DNA from: a virus
Taxonomy: Duplodnaviria; Heunggongvirae; Uroviricota; Caudoviricetes
DNA length: 42,721 bases
IMG/VR virus record: IMGVR_UViG_2703718828_000007
Direction: 5' to 3' (one strand)
Under the pieces are notes generated by a model, which did no database searches, was not told the DNA's origin, and was given only the letters and a program-made list of their open reading frames with translations. Positions 17,236-27,045 of this stretch are shown here, one piece after another (the first letter of the stretch is position 1; every line of letters starts with the position of its first letter). Both the position numbers and the translations under genes were made by a program.

Positions 17236-18288
17236 ATGAAAAATACTGTAAATATAAACAGTGTCGAGTTAGTCAACGCTGATAGCCTGCAATACATCGC
17301 CACTCTCCCTGATAACTCCATTGACCTGATAGTCACGGATCCGCCGTACTTCAAAGTGAAACCCAACGGCTGGGACAATCAGTGGAAAGGGGATGAGGAT
17401 TATCTTCGCTGGCTTGATATGTGCCTCGCACAATTCTGGCGAGTGCTTAAACCTGCTGGCAGTCTTTATCTTTTCTCCGGTCACCGCCTGGCGGCAGACA
17501 TTGAGATCATGATGCGTGAGCGGTTCAACGTCCTGAACCACATCATCTGGGCTAAACCGTCGGGCCGCTGGAATGGCTGTAATAAAGAGAGTCTGCGCTC
17601 TTACTTCCCTGCAACAGAGCGCATCCTCTTCGCTGAGCATTACCAGGGGCCGTATAAACCAAAGAGCGACGGTTACGCGGAGAAGGGAAGCGAGCTGAAG
17701 CAGCATGTAATGACTCCCCTAATTTCTTATTTCCGGGATGCACGTGAAGCGCTTGGCATAACCTCAAAACAAATAGCCGATGCGACTGGAAAGAAGAACA
17801 TGGTGTCTCACTGGTTCAGCGGTAGCCAGTGGCAATTACCGAATGAATTAGACTACCGGAATCTTCAGTCCCTTTTCACGCAGGTAGCCATCGAAAAGCA
17901 CCAGAACGGCGAACTGGCAACACCACACCACCAGCTGGTGGCTATGTGGCATTCGTTAAATCGCAAGTATTCAGAGCTGCTCGAAGAGTACAAATCGCTT
18001 CGGCGGCATTTCTCTGTTTCCGTATCCGTTCCTTATACCGACGTCTGGACACATAAACCCGTTCAGTTTTACCCAGGTAAACACCCATGCGAAAAACCCG
18101 CTGACATGTTGCGGCAGATCATCAACGCCAGCAGTAAGCCTGGTGATGTGGTGGCTGATTTCTTTATGGGGTCCGGTTCGACCGTGAAAATCGCGCTGGA
18201 ACTTGGCCGCCAGGCTATCGGCGTTGAACTCGAGGAGGACAGGTTTAGCCAGACGGTGGAGGAAATAAGGGCGTTAACAGGGGAATAA
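17236..18288 (+). CDS. DNA methyltransferase, beta-class amino-MTase (N6-adenine or N4-cytosine), orphan
   Basis: Motif IV DPPY near N-terminus (LIVTDPPYF) and motif I FFMGSGST near C-terminus; no restriction endonuclease partner recognised. Confidence 0.8.
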   Translation: MKNTVNINSVELVNADSLQYIATLPDNSIDLIVTDPPYFKVKPNGWDNQWKGDEDYLRWLDMCLAQFWRVLKPAGSLYLFSGHRLAADIEIMMRERFNVLNHIIWAKPSGRWNGCNKESLRSYFPATERILFAEHYQGPYKPKSDGYAEKGSELKQHVMTPLISYFRDAREALGITSKQIADATGKKNMVSHWFSGSQWQLPNELDYRNLQSLFTQVAIEKHQNGELATPHHQLVAMWHSLNRKYSELLEEYKSLRRHFSVSVSVPYTDVWTHKPVQFYPGKHPCEKPADMLRQIINASSKPGDVVADFFMGSGSTVKIALELGRQAIGVELEEDRFSQTVEEIRALTGE

Positions 18289-18294
18289 ACGTGA

Positions 18295-18317
18295 GGTCGC
18301 TCAAGCGGCCTTTTTTA
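18295..18317 (+). terminator. Rho-independent terminator after methyltransferase
   Basis: GGTCGC-TCAA-GCGGCC hairpin followed by TTTTTT. Confidence 0.5.
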
Positions 18318-18356
18318 TTACCTCAATAACACCCGCACACAGCGAGGTGAGAGACC

Positions 18357-18659
18357 ATGAAAATGAATGATTCAGGGAACATTTTCACGCAGTTCTTCGC
18401 GTGGGTAGCAGCTCTGGCGTCAGCCATTGGTTTTACCACTCAGGATATGGTGTTCATGTTCTTTGGCGCCGCTGGTCTGCTTATCTCGTTTGCCTCCTAT
18501 GTCAATGGTCGCGTGGATGCCCACCGCAGGCGTAGAGAGGACGAGAAGCGAACAAAAATGGTTAATGACTACCTGAAAGGCGTTGGTGATAAACCCCTTC
18601 ACGAACGTCCTGCGGCTGCAAGCGTGGTCGTTGAGGCATTACAAAAGGAAGGTGAGTGA
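18357..18659 (+). CDS. Holin (putative, two-TM type)
   Basis: 100 aa; two hydrophobic helices then charged C-terminus (RRRREDEKRTK); overlaps endolysin start. Confidence 0.55.
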   Translation: MKMNDSGNIFTQFFAWVAALASAIGFTTQDMVFMFFGAAGLLISFASYVNGRVDAHRRRREDEKRTKMVNDYLKGVGDKPLHERPAAASVVVEALQKEGE

Positions 18660-19192
18660 TGGGATCCAGAGCAAAATTAAGTGCTGCTGTTCTGGGGTTG
18701 GTACTTGCTGGTGCGCCAGCATCCGTCATTCTCGATCAGTTTCTGAATGAGAAAGAGGGAAACAGCCTTACAGCGTACAAAGATGGCAGCGGTATCTGGA
18801 CGATTTGCCGGGGAGCTACCACGGTTGACGGCAAGCCTGTTACCCCAGGTATGAGGCTATCGCCAGAGAAATGTAATCAGGTGAACGCCAGCGAGCTGAA
18901 CAAGGCGCTGGCTTGGGTCGACCGCAATATCCAGGTACCACTGACCGAACCGCAGAAAGCGGGGATTGCCTCATTCTGCCCGTACAACATTGGTCCTGGT
19001 AAATGCTTCCCTTCTACCTTTTATAAACGCATCAACGCCGGTGATCGTAAAGGGGCATGTGAAGCAATCCGCTGGTGGATCAAAGACGGTGGCCGCGATT
19101 GCCGACTAACCAAAGGCCAGAAGAATGGCTGCTATGGTCAGGTTGAGAGACGGGACCAGGAAAGCGCGCTGGCGTGTTGGGGGTTAGATTAG
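18656..19192 (+). CDS. SAR endolysin (phage lysozyme)
   Basis: N-terminal signal-anchor-release helix ([16 protein letters not shown]), E...D...T catalytic spacing, C-terminal similarity to phage 21-type lysozyme (from memory). Confidence 0.8.
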   Translation: MMGSRAKLSAAVLGLVLAGAPASVILDQFLNEKEGNSLTAYKDGSGIWTICRGATTVDGKPVTPGMRLSPEKCNQVNASELNKALAWVDRNIQVPLTEPQKAGIASFCPYNIGPGKCFPSTFYKRINAGDRKGACEAIRWWIKDGGRDCRLTKGQKNGCYGQVERRDQESALACWGLD

Positions 19193-19653
19193 TGAGCCGA
19201 TTAACAGCAATTATCTGTGCTGTCGTTATATGCCTGATGGTTTCCATGGCTTGGGCTATTAACCACTACCGCGGCAACGCCATCACCTACAAAGACCAGC
19301 GCGATAAAGCCATTAAGAATCTTAACCAGGCGAACGCCACCATCAAAGACATGCAGATCCGCCAGCGTGATGCAGCGGTGCTGGATGCCAAATACACGAA
19401 GGACTTAGCTGATGCTAAAAAGCAGCTTGATGATTTGCAGCGTTGTGTTCGCACTGGCAAGTGTGGGCTGCACGTCAACGCCAGATGTCCCGCGAACGGA
19501 GCGACCAGCACCGGCGGCCTGGGCGATGTTACCGGCCCCCGACTTACTGACTCCGCTGAACGGGATTATTTCACCCTCAGAGAGCGAATCGTCACAGTGA
19601 CGAAACAGGTTGGATATTTGCAGGAATACATCAAAGAGCAGTGCTTAAATTGA
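19192..19653 (+). CDS. Rz-like i-spanin
   Basis: GTG start overlapping endolysin stop; 153 aa, strongly lambda-Rz-like ([48 protein letters not shown]). Confidence 0.8.
   Translation: MSRLTAIICAVVICLMVSMAWAINHYRGNAITYKDQRDKAIKNLNQANATIKDMQIRQRDAAVLDAKYTKDLADAKKQLDDLQRCVRTGKCGLHVNARCPANGATSTGGLGDVTGPRLTDSAERDYFTLRERIVTVTKQVGYLQEYIKEQCLN
19412..19600 (+). CDS. Rz1-like o-spanin embedded in Rz in +1 frame
   Basis: 62 aa with lipobox ASVGC and proline-rich body; ends NGIISPSE as lambda Rz1. Confidence 0.75.
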   Translation: MLKSSLMICSVVFALASVGCTSTPDVPRTERPAPAAWAMLPAPDLLTPLNGIISPSESESSQ

Positions 19654-19685
19654 TGTTAAATTAACCTTTTACATACGGAGGGGTT

Positions 19686-20090
19686 ATGCAAATAGATCAA
19701 GAATACCTTAAAGGTTTGCTCGAGGCTTTCGAGGCATCGGATTCACCTGATACCGATATTATTCGATTAAATGATTTAGGGTTCAATTGTGAAACTGACA
19801 CATTTGTGTTTCATATGCGTTTGCTTGAGGATAGAGGGCTGATTATCAGGAGTGATGGGGAGCCCGGCTTTGGTGCTATTCAGTCTTTAGACGGAATGAC
19901 TCACTGGGCTGTAATGCCCTTGCGATTGACCGCGATGGGGCATGACTTCTTGGATGCTCTCCGTAACAAAGAGGTTTGGGCAACATTAAAAACCGGATTC
20001 AAAGATGCCAGTATGGGCACGCTGATGACAGTTTCGAAGGAGCTGTTTAACCGAGCTCTTGCTAAGCAACTTGATAAAATGTTCGACTAA
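19686..20090 (+). CDS. Hypothetical protein (134 aa), moron-like
   Basis: AT-rich ORF after lysis cassette, own terminator downstream. Confidence 0.5.
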   Translation: MQIDQEYLKGLLEAFEASDSPDTDIIRLNDLGFNCETDTFVFHMRLLEDRGLIIRSDGEPGFGAIQSLDGMTHWAVMPLRLTAMGHDFLDALRNKEVWATLKTGFKDASMGTLMTVSKELFNRALAKQLDKMFD

Positions 20091-20111
20091 CCGCCTACGG
20101 GCGGTTTTTTA
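20090..20111 (+). terminator. Rho-independent terminator
   Basis: CCGCC-TACG-GGCGG hairpin followed by TTTTTT. Confidence 0.6.
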
Positions 20112-20166
20112 TTGTCAACTTTATGAGCAAACTGATCTTAATTACTGTAACTAGGAGGTCAATGAT

Positions 20167-20808
20167 ATGGCAACGCTTAAGGACCTTTCCAGTCAGTTAA
20201 GACAGCTGCAGAAGCAAATACCGTTTGCGACTGCCCAGGCTATGACTAAAGTGGTTCGCCAGATAGAAGCGGCCCAAAAAACAGCATTTGAGCGGAATCT
20301 GGATAATCCAACACCTTTTACAGTTAAATCGGTAGGGTCAGTTGGTGCCAGGAAAAACAGCCTTCGTGCGAAGGTGTTTGTTCGTGATACTGCTGCTGGC
20401 TACCTTGAACCCTTCGAGTTCGGCGGAGAGCACAAGCTTAATGGTAGTGCTTTGCTTAATCCGAAAGACATAAAGCTTAATAAATACGGCAACCTGCCGC
20501 GTAATAAGCTCTCTCAGCTCAAAGCAAAGCCAAACGTATTTATTGGTGACGTTGGTGGCGTGAATGCCGTGTGGCAGAGAAAAAAGCCGAAAATCAAAAA
20601 AGGGAAGAAACGGGCAAAACGTTCTCCGAACGGCACGCGCAGAGACAAGATTAAGCAACCTGCACCAAAATTGCTCATTCGGTTTGGAGACGCGCTTCCA
20701 GTCAAACCAACGCTCGGCTATATGGACAGGGCAAACACCATGGTCAACGCATTGTTACCCTCAGCGCTGCACCAGGCGATTGCTGAGGCGATCAGCTCGG
20801 CCAGATAG
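20167..20808 (+). CDS. Hypothetical basic protein (213 aa) upstream of cos region
   Basis: AGGAGG RBS 8 nt upstream; Lys/Arg-rich centre (KKPKIKKGKKRAKR). Confidence 0.5.
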   Translation: MATLKDLSSQLRQLQKQIPFATAQAMTKVVRQIEAAQKTAFERNLDNPTPFTVKSVGSVGARKNSLRAKVFVRDTAAGYLEPFEFGGEHKLNGSALLNPKDIKLNKYGNLPRNKLSQLKAKPNVFIGDVGGVNAVWQRKKPKIKKGKKRAKRSPNGTRRDKIKQPAPKLLIRFGDALPVKPTLGYMDRANTMVNALLPSALHQAIAEAISSAR

Positions 20809-20899
20809 CCCCCCAGGGGTTTTGGGTCCTTCCTGAGCCTTTTGTAAGGCACGGGCATTGCGCGCCGCGGTGTTTTCCTAGCTACAACTTTCAGATTTG

Positions 20900-21047
20900 T
20901 GTCCCATGTCCCACCTCTGGCGATCATTACGGACACCTCGCCAGCTCTGGCTATTCCAGTTTATTCCAGTGGGACATTCTGGTGGGACATGGCAAAAATG
21001 TCCCAGGCGAATGTCCCACCCCAGAAAATGTCCCAGGTGATGTCCCA
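20900..21047. repeat. Array of eight TGTCCCA heptamers (6 direct, 2 inverted); candidate cosB-like terminase-binding region
   Basis: Copies at about 20900, 20907, 20970(inv), 20983(inv), 20999, 21012, 21029, 21041; abuts small terminase start. Confidence 0.45.
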
Positions 21048-21616
21048 TGACCACGATGAACCAGAGTCAGTACGCACAACATTCAGGTGTGGATCGCAAA
21101 ACAATTGGCCGGTGGATTAAAGCCGGGCGCTTCATTGTGATGGACGGAGACCTGATTGACGTAGAGGCCAGCGATGCGGCATTGAAGAAAAACCGCGATG
21201 GCAAAGACCCGCGCGCCTCGAACGCGAAGAAAAAGAAAACTCCCGTCGTTAGCGATAACGATGATGACGGTGATGAAATCAATAAAACTGTCCGCCAGAT
21301 AATGCTCACTGAAGGGGCAGATCTTTCGAGAGAGGAAGCGGGACGTATCCGCGAGAATTACATGGCCCTGCAGGCAAAGCTGCAGTATGAAAAAGACAGC
21401 GGCCAGCTTATTGAGCTGACAGCAGCCGAGGAGGTTTTATTCAACGCCTTTCGCCAACAGCGTGATGCCTGGCTTAACTGGCCGTCCAGGGTGGCGCCGC
21501 TAATGGCTGCTGATCTGGATGTACCGGCGGACAGGATGACAGAGGTGCTGATTGAACATGTCCACAAACACATCTCAGTCCTCGGAGAGCCAGAGTTTAA
21601 CCCGGCAGAAGATTGA
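21047..21616 (+). CDS. Terminase small subunit (Nu1-like)
   Basis: N-terminal HTH similar to lambda Nu1 (from memory); start may be ATG at 21056; overlaps large subunit. Confidence 0.7.
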   Translation: MTTMNQSQYAQHSGVDRKTIGRWIKAGRFIVMDGDLIDVEASDAALKKNRDGKDPRASNAKKKKTPVVSDNDDDGDEINKTVRQIMLTEGADLSREEAGRIRENYMALQAKLQYEKDSGQLIELTAAEEVLFNAFRQQRDAWLNWPSRVAPLMAADLDVPADRMTEVLIEHVHKHISVLGEPEFNPAED

Positions 21617-23681
21617 GCGTCTTGAATTAAGCGTCCGCAAAGGCTGGACACCCCCGCCGCGTATCAGTGTGCCGCAGTGGGCAGATGACTATCGTAAGCT
21701 GGCAAAAGAGGCTGGGAGCACTTCGGGAAACTGGGAAACATCGACGGTAGAAATTGCCCGCGGACCGATGCTTGCCGCGACGGAGTCCGGGGTTCATATC
21801 ATCACTGTAATGTGCTGTACCCAGTTGATGAAGACAGCACTGCTGGAAAACCTTTTTGGCTATTTTGCCCACCTCGATCCTTGTCCGATACTGCTGCTGC
21901 AGCCGAAAGAAGAAGCCGCTGAACAGTTTTCGAAAGAGCGTATTAGCCCGCTGGTAAGGGTGACGCCGGTACTGCGTAAAATCATCGGTGATTCGAAACA
22001 GAAAAGCTCGAAAGAAACCATTCTTTACAAGGCATTCACTGGCGGATTTCTGGCGCTGGCGGGTGCTGGTAGCCCTGATAACCTTGCGCGTCGTCCGATT
22101 CGTGTCCTGCTGGCGGATGAAGTGGACAAGTACCCGATAACCCGCGAAGGCGATCCAATTGCGCTGGCCGAAGAGCGTACAGCGACATTTGGCCTGACCT
22201 GGCTGTCTGTACGCGCCTGTTCGCCGACGGTGGAGGATGAGAGCCGCATTGCTGACAGCTACGCCGACTCCGATCAGCGCCGGGCATCTGTGGTTTGCCC
22301 GCACTGTGGCCACCGCCAGTTCCCCGACTTTTTCAAACACGTTCAGTGGCCGAAAGAGGGAGATAAACACCTGACTAAATCGGCGATGCTCTATTGCGAA
22401 TGCTGTGGTAGTGGCTGGTCCGAAGGACAGCGCCTCAGAGCTCTGCACACTATTCGATGGCATCAGACGCGCCCATTTGAGTGCTGCGGGGAGCGGCACT
22501 CACCGCTGATGGATTATGACCTTGCCTGGCGGGCGGCAGACGAGGGCAGCGTTGAAAAGGTCTGGCAATGGTCAGAGTCGGAACGGCATGCGGTCTATCG
22601 CGCAATCTGCCCCTCCTGTGGAAAGGAGGCAGTCGATAACCACCACGCGGGGTACCAGGCATCCAAGCTTTTCAGCCCCTGGCAAAAAGATAAGCCGTCG
22701 GATATTGCGAAAAAATATATCGATGCGAAGGGCGATCCGGATAAGGAACAGGCGTGGTGGAATACCCAGATGGGGCTTCCGCACCGACCTAATCATGGGA
22801 AACAGCTCCCTGTTGATGTTCTGCTGGCGCGCCGGGAAATATTTCCGGCCGTCGTTCCGGACGGGGTGGCATTGTTAACAGCTGGAGTTGATACCCAGGA
22901 CGATCGCTTCGAAATTACGATCACCGGCTGGGGGAGAGATGAAGAATCGTGGTCGGTCGCGCATGACGTTATTTATGGTGACCTTGAGACGGAAGAACCC
23001 TGGAAGCGACTGGATGCATACCTGAAACAGATCTGGCGACGTGGTGACGGGCGCGGCCTGAATATCATGGCAACGTGCATGGACTCCGGCGGCCACCATA
23101 CGCAGAAGGTATACGAATTCGCCAAAGAGCGTCTTGGCCGTCGTGTCTGGGCAATTAAGGGGGAGTCTGCACAGGGAGGCAAACGCAATCCTGTCTGGCC
23201 GACCAAACGACCATCATCGAAAAGCAAAGCCAGTTTCCGCCCTGTCATTCTGGGGGTTAACTCAGCGAAAGACGTGATACGCGGTCGCCTGCATCTTGAG
23301 CCACCCAAACCTGGCGCCGCCGCTGCGGGTTATATGCATTTTCCTGACGATCGCGATCTCGGGTACTTCAATCAGCTGCTGGCGGAGCGACTGGTTTACA
23401 AAGTCATTTCCGGGCAGCGGTACAGTATCTGGGAAGCAATACCAGGACGAGCTAACGAAGCGCTTGACTGCCTCGTTTACAGCTATGCCGCGCTGTGCGG
23501 TCTCAAACATATGGGGTTAAAACTCAACGTCCGGGCCGCCAACCTCGAAGCCGATCCGGATAAGTTCCTGCCAGCGCCAGTTGGACAGGAAGAAAAAATC
23601 AATTACGAGCTGCCGGGTGCGGTTATTGAAGAACCAGCGCCGGTCAAACGTAAGCGAATATCGCAACTCCTGCCGAAATAA
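21552..23681 (+). CDS. Terminase large subunit (lambda gpA-like)
   Basis: 709 aa; C-terminal NEALDCLVYSYAAL motif as in lambda gpA; follows Nu1-like gene. Confidence 0.85.
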   Translation: MNMSTNTSQSSESQSLTRQKIERLELSVRKGWTPPPRISVPQWADDYRKLAKEAGSTSGNWETSTVEIARGPMLAATESGVHIITVMCCTQLMKTALLENLFGYFAHLDPCPILLLQPKEEAAEQFSKERISPLVRVTPVLRKIIGDSKQKSSKETILYKAFTGGFLALAGAGSPDNLARRPIRVLLADEVDKYPITREGDPIALAEERTATFGLTWLSVRACSPTVEDESRIADSYADSDQRRASVVCPHCGHRQFPDFFKHVQWPKEGDKHLTKSAMLYCECCGSGWSEGQRLRALHTIRWHQTRPFECCGERHSPLMDYDLAWRAADEGSVEKVWQWSESERHAVYRAICPSCGKEAVDNHHAGYQASKLFSPWQKDKPSDIAKKYIDAKGDPDKEQAWWNTQMGLPHRPNHGKQLPVDVLLARREIFPAVVPDGVALLTAGVDTQDDRFEITITGWGRDEESWSVAHDVIYGDLETEEPWKRLDAYLKQIWRRGDGRGLNIMATCMDSGGHHTQKVYEFAKERLGRRVWAIKGESAQGGKRNPVWPTKRPSSKSKASFRPVILGVNSAKDVIRGRLHLEPPKPGAAAAGYMHFPDDRDLGYFNQLLAERLVYKVISGQRYSIWEAIPGRANEALDCLVYSYAALCGLKHMGLKLNVRAANLEADPDKFLPAPVGQEEKINYELPGAVIEEPAPVKRKRISQLLPK

Positions 23682-23689
23682 GGAAAATC

Positions 23690-23953
23690 ATGTTCAACCG
23701 GAACACCAGCCTGCTTGCCGGCGCAATGACTGACGATCAGCTCAGGGATGCGCTTGCGAAAGCTCAGCAGGCGTACATTGATTTAGCAACCGGGAGCCAC
23801 GGTGTTTCGTTTTCCTATACGCAGGGAGACGGGACGCGATCAGTGTCCTATCAGCAAAGCACCCTGGCTGATCTGCTGGCCCTGATTCAACTTCTGCAGG
23901 CGCAACTGGGGATTATCTCTCGTCCCCGGAAACCAGCGAGGTTTAGATTCTGA
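23690..23953 (+). CDS. Head-tail joining protein, gpW-like
   Basis: 87 aa between terminase and portal, as lambda W. Confidence 0.55.
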   Translation: MFNRNTSLLAGAMTDDQLRDALAKAQQAYIDLATGSHGVSFSYTQGDGTRSVSYQQSTLADLLALIQLLQAQLGIISRPRKPARFRF

Positions 23954-25590
23954 TGAATAAAGTACAGATACTGGGCTCTGATGGGCAGCCGTTGCGACAG
24001 CAGCGTCCCTCTATGCTGGTGGGGGGTAGCCGCGTACCTTATGACGCAGCTGACTCTTTCAGCGATCAACTGGCGAACTGGCAACCCGCGCTGTGGTCCC
24101 CGGACAATGAAATTAACATTTACCGGGATCGCATCGTGTCCCGCGCACGCGATCTGGTCCGTAATGACGGCTGGGCAAACGGTGCGGTCACACGTCTGCT
24201 GGATAATGCGGTTGGTGCCAACTTCCGCCCCATCATGAAACCCGATTACCGTGTTCTCAGAATGATCACCGGAAACAAGGCGTTTGATGCGTCCTGGGCG
24301 GAAGAGTACGGAAAAGCACTGGACGGGCACTGGCGGACCTGGAGTAACGATCCTGGCCGGTATTGTGATGTTGAACGAAAACTCACCGTGTCGCAGATGT
24401 TGCGCCTGGGATTTCGTCACAAGCTTATTGACGGGGATGCTCTGGCCATTCTCCAGTACAGAACTGACAGGCTTGGTCCCGGAAGAGGGCGTTACGCCAC
24501 CACGGTACAGATTGTCGATCCTGACCGCCTCAGTAATCCTCAGCAGAATTTCGATATGCCAAATGTCCGTGGTGGCGTTGAAATTGATGCGGACGGTGCG
24601 CCGGTTGCTTACCACATCAGGGAGGCCCATATCGGTGACTGGTGGAGCGGGGCTAAAACCATGACGTGGCAGCGTATCCCGCGTGAAACTGACTGGGGCC
24701 GCCCGCATGTGGTTCACGATTTTGATCATGAGCGTGGCGCGCAGCACCGCGGTAACGGCATCCTGACTCCGGTTATTCAGCGTCTGAAAATGCTGGTGAA
24801 GTATGACCAGAGTGAGCTTGAGGCAGCAATTCTTAATGCCATATTCGCCGCTTACATTGAGTCACCCTATGACCCTGCGATGGTTCAGTCTGCCCTGGGC
24901 GAGACCTATGACGAGTCGGAGTTAGGCACTTATCAGGACGGGCGTGTTGAGTTCCATAACGATCGGCGTCTGACACTTCAGAATGGTGCCCGAATGCCCA
25001 TTCTTTATCCTGGTGAGAAAATCACGACGGTTAACGCGGCGCGGCCCTACAGCAATTTTGAAGTCTTCGAATCTGCTGTTCTCCGTAATTTTTCTTCAGG
25101 AACAGGGTTGTCCCCACAGCAGGTCACCCAGGACTGGTCTGACGTTAACTACAGTTCTGCACGCTCCTCGTTGCTGGAGGCATGGAAAACACTGACTCGC
25201 CGCCGGGACGATTTTTCTACCGGCTTCGCTCAGCCCATTCTCACCGCCTTTGTTGAAGAAGTTCACGACAATGAGGATTTACCCCTGCCCGCAGGCGCAC
25301 CTGATTTTGTTGACGCCAGAGCCGCGTATTCTCGCGCGCGCTGGATGGGGCCAGGGCGCGGCTGGGTGGATCCGGTTGCAGAGAAAAAAGGCGCCATTCT
25401 TGGTCTGGATGCCGGACTTTCCACCCTCGAGATTGAGGTGGGTGAAAACGTCGGTGAAGACTGGGAAGAAGTGCTTGATCAGCGCCAGAGAGAAATTGAG
25501 TCATGTCTTAAACGCGGATTACCGCTTCCGAGCTGGGCACAGGCTGACCAGTTTGCGAGCCAGACCATTACCGATCCGGAGGAAAAGTGA
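23953..25590 (+). CDS. Portal protein (lambda gpB-like)
   Basis: 545 aa; position and size; overlaps W-like stop. Confidence 0.75.
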   Translation: MNKVQILGSDGQPLRQQRPSMLVGGSRVPYDAADSFSDQLANWQPALWSPDNEINIYRDRIVSRARDLVRNDGWANGAVTRLLDNAVGANFRPIMKPDYRVLRMITGNKAFDASWAEEYGKALDGHWRTWSNDPGRYCDVERKLTVSQMLRLGFRHKLIDGDALAILQYRTDRLGPGRGRYATTVQIVDPDRLSNPQQNFDMPNVRGGVEIDADGAPVAYHIREAHIGDWWSGAKTMTWQRIPRETDWGRPHVVHDFDHERGAQHRGNGILTPVIQRLKMLVKYDQSELEAAILNAIFAAYIESPYDPAMVQSALGETYDESELGTYQDGRVEFHNDRRLTLQNGARMPILYPGEKITTVNAARPYSNFEVFESAVLRNFSSGTGLSPQQVTQDWSDVNYSSARSSLLEAWKTLTRRRDDFSTGFAQPILTAFVEEVHDNEDLPLPAGAPDFVDARAAYSRARWMGPGRGWVDPVAEKKGAILGLDAGLSTLEIEVGENVGEDWEEVLDQRQREIESCLKRGLPLPSWAQADQFASQTITDPEEK

Positions 25591-26453
25591 ATCTACCCCA
25601 TCTGGCCCAGCGATTATTTAACACCCCGCTGGCGCTGCACCCGAGTAAAGCCGAAGTCATCATGGCATCCGTAATGGACCGATTTGGTATCAGTAAAATC
25701 GAATCTTCTCTTGCCATGGAGGATGACTGGTACGGATATGACGATAACCGGGGACGTGAATCCCGTAGTGATCCGGGTTATGACAATGTGCTGGGTGTCG
25801 CCGTCATCCCGATATGCGGAACGCTGGTGCAAAAACTGGGCAGTCTGCGTCCGTACAGTGGAATGACAGGGTATGACGGCATTCGTCAGGCGTTTCTTAC
25901 TGCGATGGAAGATCCCGACATTTCGGGCATTTGCCTGGATATCGACTCACCCGGCGGCGAGGTCGCTGGATGCTTCGATCTGGTTGATGTCATTTACGGC
26001 TCCCGGGGGAAAAAGCCTATCCATGCCATTCTGACGGAAAGCGCTTATTCCGCTGCGTATGCCATTGCCAGTGCAGCGGACCGGATTTCTGTTCCGCGCA
26101 CCGGCGGAGTGGGTTCTGTGGGTGTGATCACCATGCACCTTGACTGGACGCAGCGGATTAAAGATGACGGTCTTAAAGTTACGATCATCACCTATGGATC
26201 CCGCAAGGCTGAAGGTTCGCCGCTGAGAGAGTTGTCAGATGAAGCGCTGGCCGCCATCCAGCAGGACATTAACACCATGGGCGAATTGTTTGTGAACACT
26301 GTTGCCAGAAACCGGGGGATTAGCGCAAAGGTTATAAAAAGTACCCAGGCCGCCTGTTTTATGGCTGCTGATGGCGTTGAAATTGGACTGGCTGATGAGG
26401 TGTGTCCTCCTGACGCTGCGTTCAAAAACTTACTTGAAAAAACAGGAGCCTGA
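25587..26453 (+). CDS. Head maturation protease (S49/ClpP-like)
   Basis: 288 aa after portal; peptidase-like core (GGEVAG, SAAYAIASAADRI). Confidence 0.7.
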   Translation: MNLPHLAQRLFNTPLALHPSKAEVIMASVMDRFGISKIESSLAMEDDWYGYDDNRGRESRSDPGYDNVLGVAVIPICGTLVQKLGSLRPYSGMTGYDGIRQAFLTAMEDPDISGICLDIDSPGGEVAGCFDLVDVIYGSRGKKPIHAILTESAYSAAYAIASAADRISVPRTGGVGSVGVITMHLDWTQRIKDDGLKVTIITYGSRKAEGSPLRELSDEALAAIQQDINTMGELFVNTVARNRGISAKVIKSTQAACFMAADGVEIGLADEVCPPDAAFKNLLEKTGA

Positions 26454-26454
26454 A

Positions 26455-27045
26455 ATGGCAAAGAAAAAGACGTTTAGTTTTGCTCACCTCATTGGTCTTG
26501 GCCCTTCCGCTTCTGAGGAAGAAGAGGATAAAAAAGCCAAAAAAGCGAAAGCCCGTCGCGCGGAAGAGGACGAGCGCGAAGATGATGCCGATGATGATGA
26601 GCGCGACGACGACGCGGAAGAAGACGAACGCGACGATGATGCTGAAGATGACGGCGATGATCCGGATGCGTCAGAAGATGATGATTCTGAAGACGACGGC
26701 GACGACGATCGCAAAGAGAGTAAGGCGGTAAAAAATGCACGCGCTGCTGAGCGTAAACGCTGCGCCCGTATTTTCGGCAGTAAGCATGCAGCTGCGAATC
26801 CTTCACTGGCCGCGTCACTGGCTTTCAATACCGGGATGAGTTCTGCGGCAGCAATTAATGTCCTAGCCTCTTCGGCTCCGGCCGCAGCCGCATCTCAGCC
26901 ATCCCGTAAACGCTCTCTCGATCAGCGTATGCAGGAAAGCCACCAGGTCCGGCTTAATCCGGATAGCGGACAGAAAGAGACCGGAAAGTCTGCGCTGGTA
27001 AGTAAAATGACCGGCCTCTACAACTCCACAAGAGGAGAGAAATAA
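26455..27045 (+). CDS. Acidic scaffold-like head protein with tandem repeats
   Basis: 196 aa from internal Met MAKKKTF; three tandem 27-bp repeats encoding EEDEREDDA/DDDERDDDA/EEDERDDDA. Confidence 0.45.
   Translation: MAKKKTFSFAHLIGLGPSASEEEEDKKAKKAKARRAEEDEREDDADDDERDDDAEEDERDDDAEDDGDDPDASEDDDSEDDGDDDRKESKAVKNARAAERKRCARIFGSKHAAANPSLAASLAFNTGMSSAAAINVLASSAPAAAASQPSRKRSLDQRMQESHQVRLNPDSGQKETGKSALVSKMTGLYNSTRGEK
26563..26643 (+). repeat. Three tandem 27-bp coding repeats
   Basis: Acidic nonapeptide repeats within scaffold-like gene. Confidence 0.6.

Noticed and set aside
20900-21047. Possible CRISPR array
   Set aside because: Heptamers are too short, irregularly spaced and in both orientations; no spacer structure
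20899-21120. 73-aa ORF spanning the TGTCCCA heptamer array
   Set aside because: Reading frame created by the repeat array (repeated MS.. peptides); GTG start without RBS; region better explained as a packaging site
21627-23510. Minus-strand ORFs up to 290 aa inside the terminase large subunit gene
   Set aside because: Antisense to a long conserved gene; Arg-rich translations typical of GC-rich antisense frames
26480-26828. Three overlapping ORFs (plus and minus) across the acidic repeat region
   Set aside because: Artifacts of the GA/GAC-rich tandem repeats; Ser/Arg/His-rich translations; the in-frame acidic protein is the plausible gene
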